Translations under genes and position numbers: made by a program
DNA from: a virus
Taxonomy: Duplodnaviria > Caudoviricetes
DNA length: 64,000 bases
Direction: 5' to 3' (one strand)
Virus record (IMG/VR): IMGVR_UViG_3300048631_000217
The notes under the pieces: model-generated
The model's input: the letters and a program-made list of their open reading frames with translations, nothing else
The model's database searches: none
Told to the model about the DNA's origin: nothing
Shown: positions 1 to 10,826 of the stretch, one piece after another
How the letters are laid out: every line of letters begins with the position of its first letter
How positions within the stretch are numbered: the first letter of the stretch is position 1

Positions 1-1145
1 CGCGCATAGTTCTCACTATAGCAGAGACCGCGACGGCGTTCCCCCTCGTTATAATGCGATAGCTGAGGCATACGCATATAAGTCTTACAAGTTGCCAGAG
101 TGTTTGGCAAACCGGCAGGTAATGTAAAGGCTCTTACCCGACTGAAATCAGCTTCATTGATATTGATGACAGACGGTAGACTTCCGCCGCCTGACAACGG
201 CGGGCGAATATCTCCAATATTGGCAGATTGATTCACCGCCGTAATAACGTAGATACCTTCAAGAATTTGCGTGGCATCACGTTTACCATTAGCTGTAGGA
301 ATATTTGATGCCGGGGTTCTGACAACCTTGACTGCGGTTCCGGTAGCACCTAATGAGGCTAGGGTAACTGGCGTTCCTGTTCTGGAAGGCGCGATATTCA
401 ATGCTGGATCATACGCGATAGAATAGGTATTTTTTGCAAGAACGGCATCGCTGATAAGTTGGTCAAGACCCTGTGTACCACCCGAAAGAGGAACGATAGC
501 GGGAGACAATTCCATGCCATGCATGACCCATCCGTCCGCATCCGGGGCGGATGCGGGTGTGTCTCCTGATACGATAGCCGGGGCCGCATCTGTCAGAATA
601 CCATATGAACCATCTGCCCATTGAAAAACCGGCATGTTACGATCCAAGGTGAAGGTAACTGCACCCGGTCCATAGTCGATAAGATTCGTTGAAGTCGCTG
701 CAATGGTTCCGGTCGAACTCGTCGTCGCCGAAGCTGTATTCGACCAAGGACCGGCACCCGCTGCATTGACTGCACGAGTTTCAACATCTGCTTTAGTTTG
801 GGCCGCAAGACCGGAGATATTATAAGGACTCACGACATTGATAACTTCGGTCCACGTCGCCTTGTTATCTGTCGAATATCGCAAATCCCTTGAAGTGATT
901 GTGCTGTAATTGTCGGCAGGATCTGCGGCTAGAGTAACCTCAATTGTCGAAGCGTCCAGAACAGCGGCTGTAGGTGCCGCCATTTTGGCAGGAACGTCAA
1001 TTACCGTTACATCTGTTAATACACCAGTTCCGTCATCTACTTCATAAATGTTGGGCGAAAGATTGGCCACGGTAAAGGGTGGGGTTCCTGTAACCCGCAC
1101 CCATTCACCTACCGGGGATTTGACTCTGTAAAGGATTCTTGGCAT
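1..1145 (-). CDS. FN3-containing virion appendage/receptor-binding protein (partial, runs off window; paralog of 1157..4288)
   Basis: Missing from ORF track. ATG at 1145 reads MPRILYRVKSPVGEWVRVTGTPPF...TRAVNAAGAGPWS, open to position 1; N-terminal ~140 aa clearly homologous to 1157..4288. Confidence 0.8.
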   Translation of the reverse strand, partial: MPRILYRVKSPVGEWVRVTGTPPFTVANLSPNIYEVDDGTGVLTDVTVIDVPAKMAAPTAAVLDASTIEVTLAADPADNYSTITSRDLRYSTDNKATWTEVINVVSPYNISGLAAQTKADVETRAVNAAGAGPWSNTASATTSSTGTIAATSTNLIDYGPGAVTFTLDRNMPVFQWADGSYGILTDAAPAIVSGDTPASAPDADGWVMHGMELSPAIVPLSGGTQGLDQLISDAVLAKNTYSIAYDPALNIAPSRTGTPVTLASLGATGTAVKVVRTPASNIPTANGKRDATQILEGIYVITAVNQSANIGDIRPPLSGGGSLPSVININEADFSRVRAFTLPAGLPNTLATCKTYMRMPQLSHYNEGERRRGLCYSENYA

Positions 1146-1156
1146 AATTTAACCTC

Positions 1157-4100
1157 TTATGCTGGCCTTAAAGCCAATGTCATAGTTGCGTAAGTGTCGC
1201 TCGTGCTGTCTCCGGTTATCGTCAATGGTGCCGGATCATATGCGCCACTATTGTTCCATTTTACCGAACCCATTAACGCAGACACGTTATAGCTTCCGCC
1301 GTCGAATGTCTGATTACTGACATTACTTAGGTAAGGCGCTGTCAGGGCTGGCATGGCGGCATCATTATGAGAAGATGTTGCAATAACAACAATCATTGAA
1401 TCTGCGGTTACGGGTGTAATCGGATTCGGATCGGGTACGCGCGTACCTTGTACCGTTCTCGTAACTGCTGCAACGTCTATAGGATTGGCCAAATTAACAT
1501 TTTTGAAAACTTGGATTGTCACAACCGAAGCTTCTGCCGAAGAACCTGTAGACGAAACGCTTAATGTCGTGTCAGGTGTTGCCCCCATGAATTTCCACGC
1601 GGCTTTCATTGAGGTATCGTTTGTACCGTTCGAAAAGAGTTGCGAGAATTCTGTATATCCGGCGGTGTTATATGTAATCGTCCTATTCGTTACTGTACCT
1701 GCACCATAAGATACCAATACGAAATCATTTTCGACTAGGTTCAAAGGTGTTAGGTCGATATTATATCCGATGTTTGCTCCGCTTGTTGCCGTCAACTGAC
1801 CAGCATACGCAACACCTGTTACAGCGGTTGTCGTGAACGAAGCTGCACTGATGGCATTGGATGTTGCTGCCGATGCGTTTTCGTGAACGAAATGAGTATA
1901 ATAGACAGTGGACGGCGTTAGACCCGCCACCGTCCCGCTTACGGTCCCTGCTGCCGACACGGCAACGCTACCGCTGGCAGGAGCCGCGACACCTGTATTG
2001 TCTTGCCCCGCCTTGATTTGGGCGGCTGTGGGGGTTGTCGCCGAAGCTGTTACCACCCAATAAACGGAACCTGTCGTGCCTGTTGTGTCCACACTCCATG
2101 TCGAACCATTCGGGCCACTTGCGGCGTTTACAGGATTCGATAGGACCGGGGCACTGACCCACGGCGAAGTGAATGTGTATGGCGAAACAAAACTCTGGTG
2201 TGGTAGGGCACCGATGACCGGCGATGCGGTTGCCAGTGGCCCGCCAGCTTTCGGCGCATAGGCTGTCGTGCCGACCGTGGCCCCCTCACCCGTCGAAGGC
2301 GCGTCGAACGCCGCCGCATATGACGCGGAATCGACCGTCAGAATTTGGTTAGAAGATGTGGTAGCGGAAAGAGACGCGATATTGTTGGTAACGTTTCCAC
2401 GAATGATACACCCACTATCATTTGTAACAGAAATACGGCTTGTGCCAGATCTTAAAGGATGACCAAGCTTTTTTACACAAACGTTGTTCTGAATCGTGCA
2501 ATTCACGGCACGGTCGATAGTGATGCCATTGACCATCGTATGTTCGATGATATTACCTTCGACTAAGGCGTTTGTGATATTGACAGGCGAGACGATATCC
2601 GTCAAGAAAATACCTTGACCTTCGGCCATGTATTCGCTTCCGACACCTCTTGTTAAAACGTTTCCTCTAACGATGATATCGTCAACATCACCTGCCGCCG
2701 CACCACTAAAGCTTCCCTGAATGAAGTCAGGATGATCGGTCACGTAACGGGCAGTACCACCACTCGTATAAGGCGTGTAGCCTGTAGAGTTTACATCAAT
2801 GGTAACATCGTTTCCGGTAACTGCGGAAATGTTGAAAACACGTCCCGCCAATTCATCGGCCCCCGTCATACCCACTAACACAAAATCGTTGGTTACTGTA
2901 ATTCCGGTAGCATCTGTTACGGTTACTACGGTCGATGTACCATAGGTGATATTCGTAATCGTATAAGGGGTATAAGAGGCTTTCTTATCAGTAAAGCTGT
3001 TGCCGATGATCTTACCACGGGCAAATGGCGACGAAACCTTGATACAGTCTTCCCAAAGACGGACACCAGTATTACCTTGAATAACGCTATCGCGGCCCTT
3101 GATATTGATACCAAGAGACACGTCAGTCATTTCGTTATTCGTAATTATAATGTTGCCGTTCAATGTGCTATTGAAGTCGATAGCCGCTTTCAAATCGCCT
3201 CTATTGTAACGGGCAGGATTTTCGGTTCCGATGAACTTGTTATTCTCTACCCGAACATAGGAAGCCTGATTTCGTCCGATAAGGGCGGTTGTTTGTCCTG
3301 CACCTCTTACATCACAATTAAAGGTCAGTTTCTCGAATGAGAAATAGCAATCCTTGATTGTGATACCATCAATTCCGATATGACCAATAATGGCCTTGTA
3401 AGGATTTTCCGATTTGACGACACAATAATTGGAACCATTCCAAGTTCCGGTAAGCTGTGCGCCTCTTTTTATACGGAAATCTGCGTCAGTAGAGTTATAT
3501 TCACCGTCACGTAATTCGATGATGTCACCCATTGCACGAGTGCTTAACTCTGCGGCAATTTCCAATTGTGACGCATTGCTTACATGCGCGACATTAGCGG
3601 GCACGGATAGAGTGATCGTTGCCGAACCCTGATCCGCCGTTACATTGATTGTGGTAGAATCCTGCCCCGCCAGACTGCCGTCGGTTGTCGGGGTAATCAC
3701 ACCTGACGTAGACAGGGTGTATCCTGTTGCTGTGCCGCCGCCAGCATCCACAACATTCGTGGCCGGAATTCCATCACTGTTGACAATCTGATAACCACCG
3801 GCCCCACCAAGAGTAAGGGCACCGATACGGGCTGTCTGGTTCGGGAAGGTCGCGGCGGTATTCGTTGTGGCACTTGCCGAAGCCGACCAAGGACCGGGAC
3901 CAACGGCGTTGACCGCGCGAGTCTGGACATAGTATAGAGTTGCGGCTGTCAAAGACCCTAGAACATAAGGATCTGTGACACCAAGAACTTCTGTCCAAGT
4001 TGTCTGATCGGTCGAATAGCGAATATCTAGCGATGTAATAGGTGAATTATTATCATTTGGCGCAACCGCCAAATCTACTGTAAATTCGTTTGATTTTATT

Positions 4101-4288
4101 TGTACTAGGGTTGGTGCGGCCATTTGTGCCGGAACATCGGTCACGGTCGCATTTACAAGAACATCTGAACCATCGTCAACTTCATAGATATCGGCCACCA
4201 GACCTGTAATAGCAAACGGCACCGTTCCCGTGGCTCTTTGCCAAGGTCCGACCGGGCTTTTTACTCTGTAGAAAATACTACGCGCCAT
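1157..4288 (-). CDS. Multidomain receptor-binding/depolymerase-like protein (FN3 + right-handed beta-helix + FN3-like + C-terminal domain)
   Basis: FN3 signature LTAATLYYVQTRAVNAVGPGPWS; Asn-ladder beta-helix (VRVENNKF, IIITNNEM, VIQGNT, HPDFIQ); second FN3-like GLTPSTVYYTHF. Confidence 0.75.
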   Translation of the reverse strand: MARSIFYRVKSPVGPWQRATGTVPFAITGLVADIYEVDDGSDVLVNATVTDVPAQMAAPTLVQIKSNEFTVDLAVAPNDNNSPITSLDIRYSTDQTTWTEVLGVTDPYVLGSLTAATLYYVQTRAVNAVGPGPWSASASATTNTAATFPNQTARIGALTLGGAGGYQIVNSDGIPATNVVDAGGGTATGYTLSTSGVITPTTDGSLAGQDSTTINVTADQGSATITLSVPANVAHVSNASQLEIAAELSTRAMGDIIELRDGEYNSTDADFRIKRGAQLTGTWNGSNYCVVKSENPYKAIIGHIGIDGITIKDCYFSFEKLTFNCDVRGAGQTTALIGRNQASYVRVENNKFIGTENPARYNRGDLKAAIDFNSTLNGNIIITNNEMTDVSLGINIKGRDSVIQGNTGVRLWEDCIKVSSPFARGKIIGNSFTDKKASYTPYTITNITYGTSTVVTVTDATGITVTNDFVLVGMTGADELAGRVFNISAVTGNDVTIDVNSTGYTPYTSGGTARYVTDHPDFIQGSFSGAAAGDVDDIIVRGNVLTRGVGSEYMAEGQGIFLTDIVSPVNITNALVEGNIIEHTMVNGITIDRAVNCTIQNNVCVKKLGHPLRSGTSRISVTNDSGCIIRGNVTNNIASLSATTSSNQILTVDSASYAAAFDAPSTGEGATVGTTAYAPKAGGPLATASPVIGALPHQSFVSPYTFTSPWVSAPVLSNPVNAASGPNGSTWSVDTTGTTGSVYWVVTASATTPTAAQIKAGQDNTGVAAPASGSVAVSAAGTVSGTVAGLTPSTVYYTHFVHENASAATSNAISAASFTTTAVTGVAYAGQLTATSGANIGYNIDLTPLNLVENDFVLVSYGAGTVTNRTITYNTAGYTEFSQLFSNGTNDTSMKAAWKFMGATPDTTLSVSSTGSSAEASVVTIQVFKNVNLANPIDVAAVTRTVQGTRVPDPNPITPVTADSMIVVIATSSHNDAAMPALTAPYLSNVSNQTFDGGSYNVSALMGSVKWNNSGAYDPAPLTITGDSTSDTYATMTLALRPA

Positions 4289-4680
4289 TATGACACCTCA
4301 ATTGATTGTGCGGTTCCATTAACCGTAACCGGGGCAAGGCTCGCAAGACCGTTGACAATGATGCTTCGCGTTCCACCGACGATATTCGTCGTCGCGTCTG
4401 AAACGGTTAACGAGAAACCGCTAGATGTACTACCACTAAGGTTCTGATATGTGATGACAACGGATACCGAACTACGCAGAGTGCTTGTCGGAATACTGAT
4501 CGTCCCGTCATTGTTATTTATGACCCATGCAGGAGTAACCGACCATTGCCCACCGCCGATGTTCTGAAAGTCGCCCGAAACAGTTACAAGCTGATTACCG
4601 GTATTGTAGTTCAGAAGAACGTCTGGAAGGGCACCGTTCGATTTCGGCTTGAGTCTAAGCGTTGGGGGAGCGAAAAACAT
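4288..4680 (-). CDS. Hypothetical beta-rich virion protein
   Basis: Translationally coupled to both neighbours; Ser/Thr/Val-rich. Confidence 0.65.
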   Translation of the reverse strand: MFFAPPTLRLKPKSNGALPDVLLNYNTGNQLVTVSGDFQNIGGGQWSVTPAWVINNNDGTISIPTSTLRSSVSVVITYQNLSGSTSSGFSLTVSDATTNIVGGTRSIIVNGLASLAPVTVNGTAQSIEVS

Positions 4681-5246
4681 TATTGAAGGGCTTTCACTGA
4701 AACTAGGGATTTACCGTTGTTACGGGTAATATAAACGAAGAATTCGTCTCCATTTGTCGTCGTCAACAAATCCCCATCGGTCTTGGTATACCCTGTCAGA
4801 GTCACCGCACCGGCTGTCGCATTATTGACAAGATGTAGACAGATGCTTGTGTCAGATGCGGGAACGGCTAGAGTGAATGCCCCACCATTGATGGCGGTTT
4901 GCATGTTTCCGTTTGCAGGGTCTAGCGTTAGGGTAGAATTTGCTGATGTTGTTCCGGCATTATAGCTGGTGTATTGGACATTGGGATTCGTTCTTAGAGG
5001 ATACGGATTGCTTGTATCCATCTTGATTTTACCTAGGTCACTTGTATCCGAAAACAATACGCCATCGGTTTTGGTAATCGTGGCAACAGTTTTCGCTTTA
5101 CCTGTGATGTAATTCCAGATATCCGAGAATAGGAAGTTTGCCGTAGAGCCTGCTGCACTCTGAGTAGTATCAGCTACGTTTACGCCTAAGACATAATCAT
5201 TATCCGCGATGTTAGGATCTGTTCCGAATGAATTCTGCTTTGCCAT
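4680..5246 (-). CDS. Short fibre-like virion protein
   Basis: C-terminal domain (INGGAFTL...NNATAGAVT...GDLLTTTNG.EF) matches the C-terminus of tail fibre 18931..21582; late promoter upstream. Confidence 0.7.
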   Translation of the reverse strand: MAKQNSFGTDPNIADNDYVLGVNVADTTQSAAGSTANFLFSDIWNYITGKAKTVATITKTDGVLFSDTSDLGKIKMDTSNPYPLRTNPNVQYTSYNAGTTSANSTLTLDPANGNMQTAINGGAFTLAVPASDTSICLHLVNNATAGAVTLTGYTKTDGDLLTTTNGDEFFVYITRNNGKSLVSVKALQ

Positions 5247-5274
5247 TTTTCTTGCTCCGATTAGATTGGTTTAT

Positions 5275-5625
5275 TTAGAGTTTTCTGATAATTACGCCTG
5301 CCATGTCTTCAATGGCTGTGTTAGCCATATCCTGAATGACAGTATCGTCAGCGACCACCGATTTACCAACCTGATTTGCGGTTCTGGCGACCACATGAAA
5401 ATTAAACGCGGGACATACAATTGGTGTATTCGCCTGTAATTGAGTTGAGTTGACGTTGATCGTCGTCACACCATCAACGTCGATAAGGATATCATCCCCC
5501 CATTCGGACAATGGACCGTAACCGTGAATGGTCAGGTTATCGCCTTCAAAGGCGACAGATGAACTTTCACCATTGACCTTGATACGGAATGTTCTTATGG
5601 GTTTCTTTTCGGATAGGCTTTCCAT
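5275..5625 (-). CDS. Hypothetical virion protein, paralog of 5630..5926, with C-terminal IEDMAG motif
   Basis: Shared VNG...GD...GP.SEWG...DGV.T.NV...CPAF with neighbour. Confidence 0.7.
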   Translation of the reverse strand: MESLSEKKPIRTFRIKVNGESSSVAFEGDNLTIHGYGPLSEWGDDILIDVDGVTTINVNSTQLQANTPIVCPAFNFHVVARTANQVGKSVVADDTVIQDMANTAIEDMAGVIIRKL

Positions 5626-5629
5626 TATC

Positions 5630-5926
5630 TTAACCCCTCTTCAATCTGTTGCTGATAACGGAATTGACACCTACACCGAACCTGCCTAATATATCCACGG
5701 TAAATGCCGGGCAACTTATGGTATTACCTGAACGCAATTCCAATGGTGTCACGTTAACCGTAGCAACACCATCAGCCTCTATCACAAGATTCGTGCCCCA
5801 TTCCGAAACAGGCCCGTCCCCCGTAAATGATAATACATCGCCGGGAATTGCGGTCGCGGAACGCTTGCCGTTGACTAGAATAACCGGCTTGGGGGTTGGG
5901 GTTCTATTGACGAATGGGGATTTCAT
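5630..5926 (-). CDS. Hypothetical virion protein, paralog of 5275..5625
   Basis: Start reassigned to MKSPF (5926), just after the upstream stop; homology to neighbour. Confidence 0.65.
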   Translation of the reverse strand: MKSPFVNRTPTPKPVILVNGKRSATAIPGDVLSFTGDGPVSEWGTNLVIEADGVATVNVTPLELRSGNTISCPAFTVDILGRFGVGVNSVISNRLKRG

Positions 5927-5928
5927 GA

Positions 5929-6204
5929 TTATGCGGTTTCTACAAAGATACGCCCGGTATGCGCAAAGGTTCTGGCCCATACGTAATTGCTTGCCGCGCC
6001 ATATGTCAAATCTGCGGTCAAGGTTTTCAATTCACCTAGGCCGGGGTAGTATGGTAGACCGAAATCGGCAACTGGTGGGGTAACACCATCAACCGAGAAC
6101 CCGATATAGATCGGGTTTTGTCCCATATTAACGAAAGTTATCTCCGTCACGTTGCTGGCAATGAGTGTCCATGTCTCATCAAGTTTTACGTTGTTTTTGG
6201 CCAT
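5929..6204 (-). CDS. Hypothetical virion protein
   Basis: Coupled start/stop in late operon. Confidence 0.65.
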   Translation of the reverse strand: MAKNNVKLDETWTLIASNVTEITFVNMGQNPIYIGFSVDGVTPPVADFGLPYYPGLGELKTLTADLTYGAASNYVWARTFAHTGRIFVETA

Positions 6205-6776
6205 TATCTAATCTCTCTCGCGAAATGTAGAACCTCGTCAAATCCGTCCTTATCCATCATCAAAAGACTTTCCATGGCTTTGCGATTGGATTCGTTAAGG
6301 TCTTCCGATAGATCGTTGATGGCCTCAATATCCTCTAGAACCATTTCAACGATAGTGCCGTCTTTCAATTCCATTTCGAATTTTTCGGCAACCAATTCAT
6401 CATCGTTGAATGATTCCACCTGACCATCCGCGAATCTGACAGTCTGTGCTTGCTTGCCTTTATCGACCCGATGGACGGTTCCGACTTCACCGAAACGTTC
6501 CTCGTGCGGGTTTAGAATACGAACCTTGTCGCCTTTCTTGAAGGCTTCGACAAGCTTGCCGATCCGCTTTTCTTTTGCGGATTCATATACTTTCTTGTCT
6601 TCCCCATCTTCATAGGATGCCCGGTTTGTCCTTGATTTCTTGGTAGTCCCTTTGAATACCTCATCCCCGGCAGTAGGATGCGGAATCTTGACCGTCTTAT
6701 GTTTGTCCAAGAAACGCTTGTCTTTGCCAGATTTCGGCATTTCCACTTCTGATATGATTTGCTTGAATCTCTTCAT
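6204..6776 (-). CDS. Putative prohead core/internal head protein with KOW-like motif
   Basis: Follows portal; N-terminus MKRFKQIISE resembles T4 capsid-targeting sequence; FKKGDKVRIL...GEVGTV KOW-like. Confidence 0.55.
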   Translation of the reverse strand: MKRFKQIISEVEMPKSGKDKRFLDKHKTVKIPHPTAGDEVFKGTTKKSRTNRASYEDGEDKKVYESAKEKRIGKLVEAFKKGDKVRILNPHEERFGEVGTVHRVDKGKQAQTVRFADGQVESFNDDELVAEKFEMELKDGTIVEMVLEDIEAINDLSEDLNESNRKAMESLLMMDKDGFDEVLHFAREIR

Positions 6777-6799
6777 TTGAATCCCCGTGTGCTTTTATG

Positions 6800-8326
6800 T
6801 TATTTAGGAAACCCTCTATTCTGGTCTTCGTCTTGTTCCTCTTTCGGCTCGGCTTTGATTTCCTTATCCATATCCTTGATGTCTTCGTCCGTCTGCATAA
6901 GGACGTTCTTACGTATCCAAAGCTTAGAGAAATAGCCCCCGATTGCGCCATTGATCGAATCTATGTCACGTAACGTCGATAGTCTTTCTCTCAAAATCTC
7001 CATTTCCTTCATTTCCTCGAAATGGTTATCCTTGCGGAAATCGTATCTGATGTTGTTCTTGATAATCGACCATTCTTCGGCGGTAACGATACCTTTCAGG
7101 AGCAATTGTTTTTCCATGATACCGTCGAAAAATTGCGTAAAACGGTTGCGTAATCTGAAGATGAAACGTGAAAACTTGATTTCGTCTCTACTGATTTCGG
7201 ATGCTCGCCCGATTTGGAACCCCATTTCAGGTTCTAGACGACTAACCGGAACGTTAAGCGATTTGTATAGCTTTTTCTGGAAATATACGATATCATCCAT
7301 TTCACCTAGATTCTGCCCGCCTTGCAGGGTTTCGACTTCGGTTCCACGACCACCTTCCCGGCGGGGCAACCAGAAATCTTCCAGCATGGTCATGAACTTC
7401 CGGTCATCCCGAATCTCACCTGTCGATGCGTCATAAACAAGACGATTCTTGTGTTTGACCATCGTATCACGTAGGTATTGTTCGGCCTTGACTTTCGGTA
7501 GGTTTCCTACGTCGATATAGAATACACGGCGTTCCGGGGCGCGTGAAATGCGATAGATGACTGAGGCGTCTTCCAGCATTCGTAATTGATTGAGCGGCTT
7601 GATTGCCTTATGTAAATGTGATAGAACAAGAGTATTATGTTCATTAAGAATGCCTGATGTGGCTTCGACAACCGAATCCTTGGCGATAGCGACCCCCTGA
7701 GCGGCAGTAGCCTTTCCTTGAATTGCGGCGGTTGGGGCAAACCCGGAATCGTTATAGATATAGTATTCAGACTTCGTGACCTTGCGGATTACACCTGTTG
7801 CCGGATCGGGTAATTCCTGAATTTCCCGAACCTTTCGAATCTTTCTAGGGTCGATATACCGTAATTCCTTGATACCTTCTTTCGGGGTTTCGTTGTCGAT
7901 AATGACATGATAGCGGATACGCCCATCGACATAGAAACGTTGGAAAATGTCATACGCCTTGTTAGAGAAATCCAACATAGCGGTAACGTTCTCGAATTCT
8001 TCTGTAATGAGTTTCTTGATCCTGTCCGGTAAATCAACGTCATCCAGATTGATTTCGACCGGCTTTTCCTTGTCCGTAACAATGATACATTCGTTGATGA
8101 TATCGTCAACTGCATTATCGACTTCGGCTTGGAGAAGCATACCCCTGTATTTGGTAATCAATTCGGCTTCGGTCTTGGCCGAACCGTCCATGTCAACAAA
8201 GGTTCCGTAAGAGCCACCTGTTGCCATGACGGTAACTGCGCCGTCTTCTTCAACCTTTTCGGTAAATGACGGTCTTTCTACAACACTGTCGTCTTTTCTC
8301 TTGATTTCAAATCCGAAAAGTTTCAT
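6800..8326 (-). CDS. gp20: Portal vertex protein
   Basis: IYRISRAPERRVFYIDVGNLPK.KAEQY, EDFWLPRREGGRGTEV, EISRDEIKF. Confidence 0.97.
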   Translation of the reverse strand: MKLFGFEIKRKDDSVVERPSFTEKVEEDGAVTVMATGGSYGTFVDMDGSAKTEAELITKYRGMLLQAEVDNAVDDIINECIIVTDKEKPVEINLDDVDLPDRIKKLITEEFENVTAMLDFSNKAYDIFQRFYVDGRIRYHVIIDNETPKEGIKELRYIDPRKIRKVREIQELPDPATGVIRKVTKSEYYIYNDSGFAPTAAIQGKATAAQGVAIAKDSVVEATSGILNEHNTLVLSHLHKAIKPLNQLRMLEDASVIYRISRAPERRVFYIDVGNLPKVKAEQYLRDTMVKHKNRLVYDASTGEIRDDRKFMTMLEDFWLPRREGGRGTEVETLQGGQNLGEMDDIVYFQKKLYKSLNVPVSRLEPEMGFQIGRASEISRDEIKFSRFIFRLRNRFTQFFDGIMEKQLLLKGIVTAEEWSIIKNNIRYDFRKDNHFEEMKEMEILRERLSTLRDIDSINGAIGGYFSKLWIRKNVLMQTDEDIKDMDKEIKAEPKEEQDEDQNRGFPK

Positions 8327-8348
8327 TATTCACCCCGTATATTTACTG

Positions 8349-8372
8349 AAAAGGGCGGCTTAGCCGCCCTCT
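8349..8372 (-). terminator. Intrinsic terminator after gp19
   Basis: AGGGCGGC-taa-GCCGCCCT followed by T-run on minus strand. Confidence 0.7.
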
Positions 8373-8376
8373 TTAT

Positions 8377-8931
8377 TTAGTCGCGTGTTCCGGCGTTTCC
8401 GGTAATTCCACCCGAGATATCCCACCAATCATATTGGAAAGTGACAGTGAATTCCTGAATAGTGTCTGTCGATTCCCAATTCATTTCAACTTCCGAGATT
8501 TCAGACGGCCATAAACCGTTGAATTGGTATACCCGGATCGGGGTTCCGGTTTTAGAGAATTGCGTGATTTGGGCCTGTGCTTTGTATTGCAACGGCGAAG
8601 ATGAATTGAACGAAGTCAGGTTCCCTTCATGGCTGTTGATAGAATGTGACCATTCTTCCAAAGCGTTCTTGATCAGAAAGTCTTCATCGTTGATGACAGT
8701 GACTGTCCAAGGTTCGAATGTCCTGTCGCCCGACAATTTGACCTTACGCCCCATATAAGGGGCTTCGATGACCCCCAAAGCCGAAGGCGGTTGCGAAGCT
8801 GCCTTGACCATGAAGGGAACCTTTAGATCCCCAAGGGAATTGACCGGGTTTTGAATTTGCACTTGGAATAGGGTAGGTCGCGCCCCACCGAAGGTTAGTT
8901 GCGACCTGATTTCATTGATAGAGAATGCCAT
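8377..8931 (-). CDS. gp19: Tail tube protein
   Basis: GARPTLF, GDRTFEPWTVTVINDEDF, EFTVTFQYDWW. Confidence 0.96.
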   Translation of the reverse strand: MAFSINEIRSQLTFGGARPTLFQVQIQNPVNSLGDLKVPFMVKAASQPPSALGVIEAPYMGRKVKLSGDRTFEPWTVTVINDEDFLIKNALEEWSHSINSHEGNLTSFNSSSPLQYKAQAQITQFSKTGTPIRVYQFNGLWPSEISEVEMNWESTDTIQEFTVTFQYDWWDISGGITGNAGTRD

Positions 8932-8956
8932 TTGAATTGTCTCCTGTTAATATCTA

Positions 8957-10762
8957 TTAGACGCGACCAACAATCTCTTCAAATTCGACACCCGAACGAA
9001 CGGCCACGAAATTAAGCTGGATGAAGTTGATTGATTTTGCCGGTTTGATGTAGATATCGCCACGGAATTCGTTACGGCCAATTACGTCTGCCGTGTTATT
9101 CGTTTCATCACAGACAACGCGGAAATCATAGATACCACGTCTACCCTGAACGTCTCTCAAAAACGGCTCGATAAGGTTTCTGAATTGGGCACGAGTAAAA
9201 TCGTCGTTGAATTCAAACAATGTTGATTTTGATGCTCTGGCGATAGCCTTTTCCAGAACGATAAACAGACGACGAACGTTGATACGATCAAATGCACTCG
9301 GGCGACCTAATAGAGTCTTATCACCGAATAGCAAGGTTCCTTGTCCCGGTTGACTGATAACCGGGTTGCACCCTCTACCGTATAGAAGATCACGTTCGGC
9401 CTTGTTCGGGTTGAATGCCAGCTTGACAATGTTCTTGATCGTGCCACGATTATATCCGGCAAATGAGAACCACGGGTCGCGCACGTTATCTGTACGTGCC
9501 GCCAGACCGGCAATATCACCGTTTAGCGGAGTGTAGCGATACACGTCATTATATTTGTCGTAACGGAACTTGTATCCTGAATCTAGGAAGGCGTAAGAAC
9601 TACGGCTAACGGCGTTGGTGAAGGCGGTAATAGCCGCAACTTCGCCGCCCGGATTATTGACCACATCCGTATATTCAGGTGACACGAATACCACACAATC
9701 TTTACGGACTTCGGCGATATTGTCGATAAGGTAATTGGCCAGCCCGGAACCATCCGTCCCTAGGCGAGATTTACCCGTCATGATCAAGGATACGTCAACG
9801 TCTTCCGGCGAAATGTAAAGGTCGTATGCCGCAGCAAGCGCCGAAAGACCGATAGTCTTTTCATCGTCGCCATTCGTCCCCTCGATCAGAGTTGTGTAAG
9901 TTGCCGTCCCGGTTGCGGTAATCGTATCAGCCGTTGAATAAAGCCAATTCGAACCACGATTGATTACAGTCTTATAGAAGTTGGTCGCACCAGTTTCCGT
10001 CTTTGCGGTTGACAGGACCGAAACGTTTTCGTATACTTCGAGAATTGTTCCGGCGTTTCCGGTAATCAATCCATCTTCGTCAATGACCGCCACATGAATT
10101 TCATTCGCGCCCGGTGCCGTTTCCACGCTGCGATAGTTGCCCCAATAGCGTGTTGTCACAAGAGCCGTGTTCGAAGCTAGACGATACTTTTCTAGGAATT
10201 CCACATCGGTTCCGGTCACTGACGAAACAGTCAGATCCTGATATCCGATTGAATCGTTGCCGATATGAAGGATATCACCCGCCGCAAGATCGCCGGTTGT
10301 GGTAATCGTGGCAGTATTCGCACCTGTCGAAATCGTCACACCGCTTACGGCAGACGAATAGGCATTAGCCGATGGACATACCGAAACCTTCAGGCTATTT
10401 CCCAAAACCCCCGGATAGCGGGCAATGAAATTCGCGCCAGTAAAGGCTAGGGCGGAATCCTCGGTCAATACTTGTGTATTTGCGGCACCGGCATTGAATG
10501 CGGTATTCGAAACCGCACGGGATACGTACAGGCTATTTGAATACGATAGGAAATCTGCGGCGGTAAAGAACGTTTCGGCGTTGTCATTGGTCGGCGTTGA
10601 AAAGCGTGATACCAGATCGGTTTCCGAAGTCACAAGCACACGCTCATTGACCGGACCCCAATTGAATACCCCCGCGATAACACCTTCGGTAGTGGCAACA
10701 GATGGAACAACTGAGGTAGAATCCACCTCACTTACGTTCACACCGGGACTTACTTGGAACAT
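8957..10762 (-). CDS. gp18: Tail sheath protein
   Basis: SPGVNVSEVD, FNWGPV, SAFDRINVRRLF, KPAKSINFIQLNFVA. Confidence 0.97.
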   Translation of the reverse strand: MFQVSPGVNVSEVDSTSVVPSVATTEGVIAGVFNWGPVNERVLVTSETDLVSRFSTPTNDNAETFFTAADFLSYSNSLYVSRAVSNTAFNAGAANTQVLTEDSALAFTGANFIARYPGVLGNSLKVSVCPSANAYSSAVSGVTISTGANTATITTTGDLAAGDILHIGNDSIGYQDLTVSSVTGTDVEFLEKYRLASNTALVTTRYWGNYRSVETAPGANEIHVAVIDEDGLITGNAGTILEVYENVSVLSTAKTETGATNFYKTVINRGSNWLYSTADTITATGTATYTTLIEGTNGDDEKTIGLSALAAAYDLYISPEDVDVSLIMTGKSRLGTDGSGLANYLIDNIAEVRKDCVVFVSPEYTDVVNNPGGEVAAITAFTNAVSRSSYAFLDSGYKFRYDKYNDVYRYTPLNGDIAGLAARTDNVRDPWFSFAGYNRGTIKNIVKLAFNPNKAERDLLYGRGCNPVISQPGQGTLLFGDKTLLGRPSAFDRINVRRLFIVLEKAIARASKSTLFEFNDDFTRAQFRNLIEPFLRDVQGRRGIYDFRVVCDETNNTADVIGRNEFRGDIYIKPAKSINFIQLNFVAVRSGVEFEEIVGRV

Positions 10763-10826
10763 GTAATTTCTCCTTGTAAAACAGGCATTGATAGACTTAT
10801 TTCTGTTGTATTTAGGTTATGACGAT

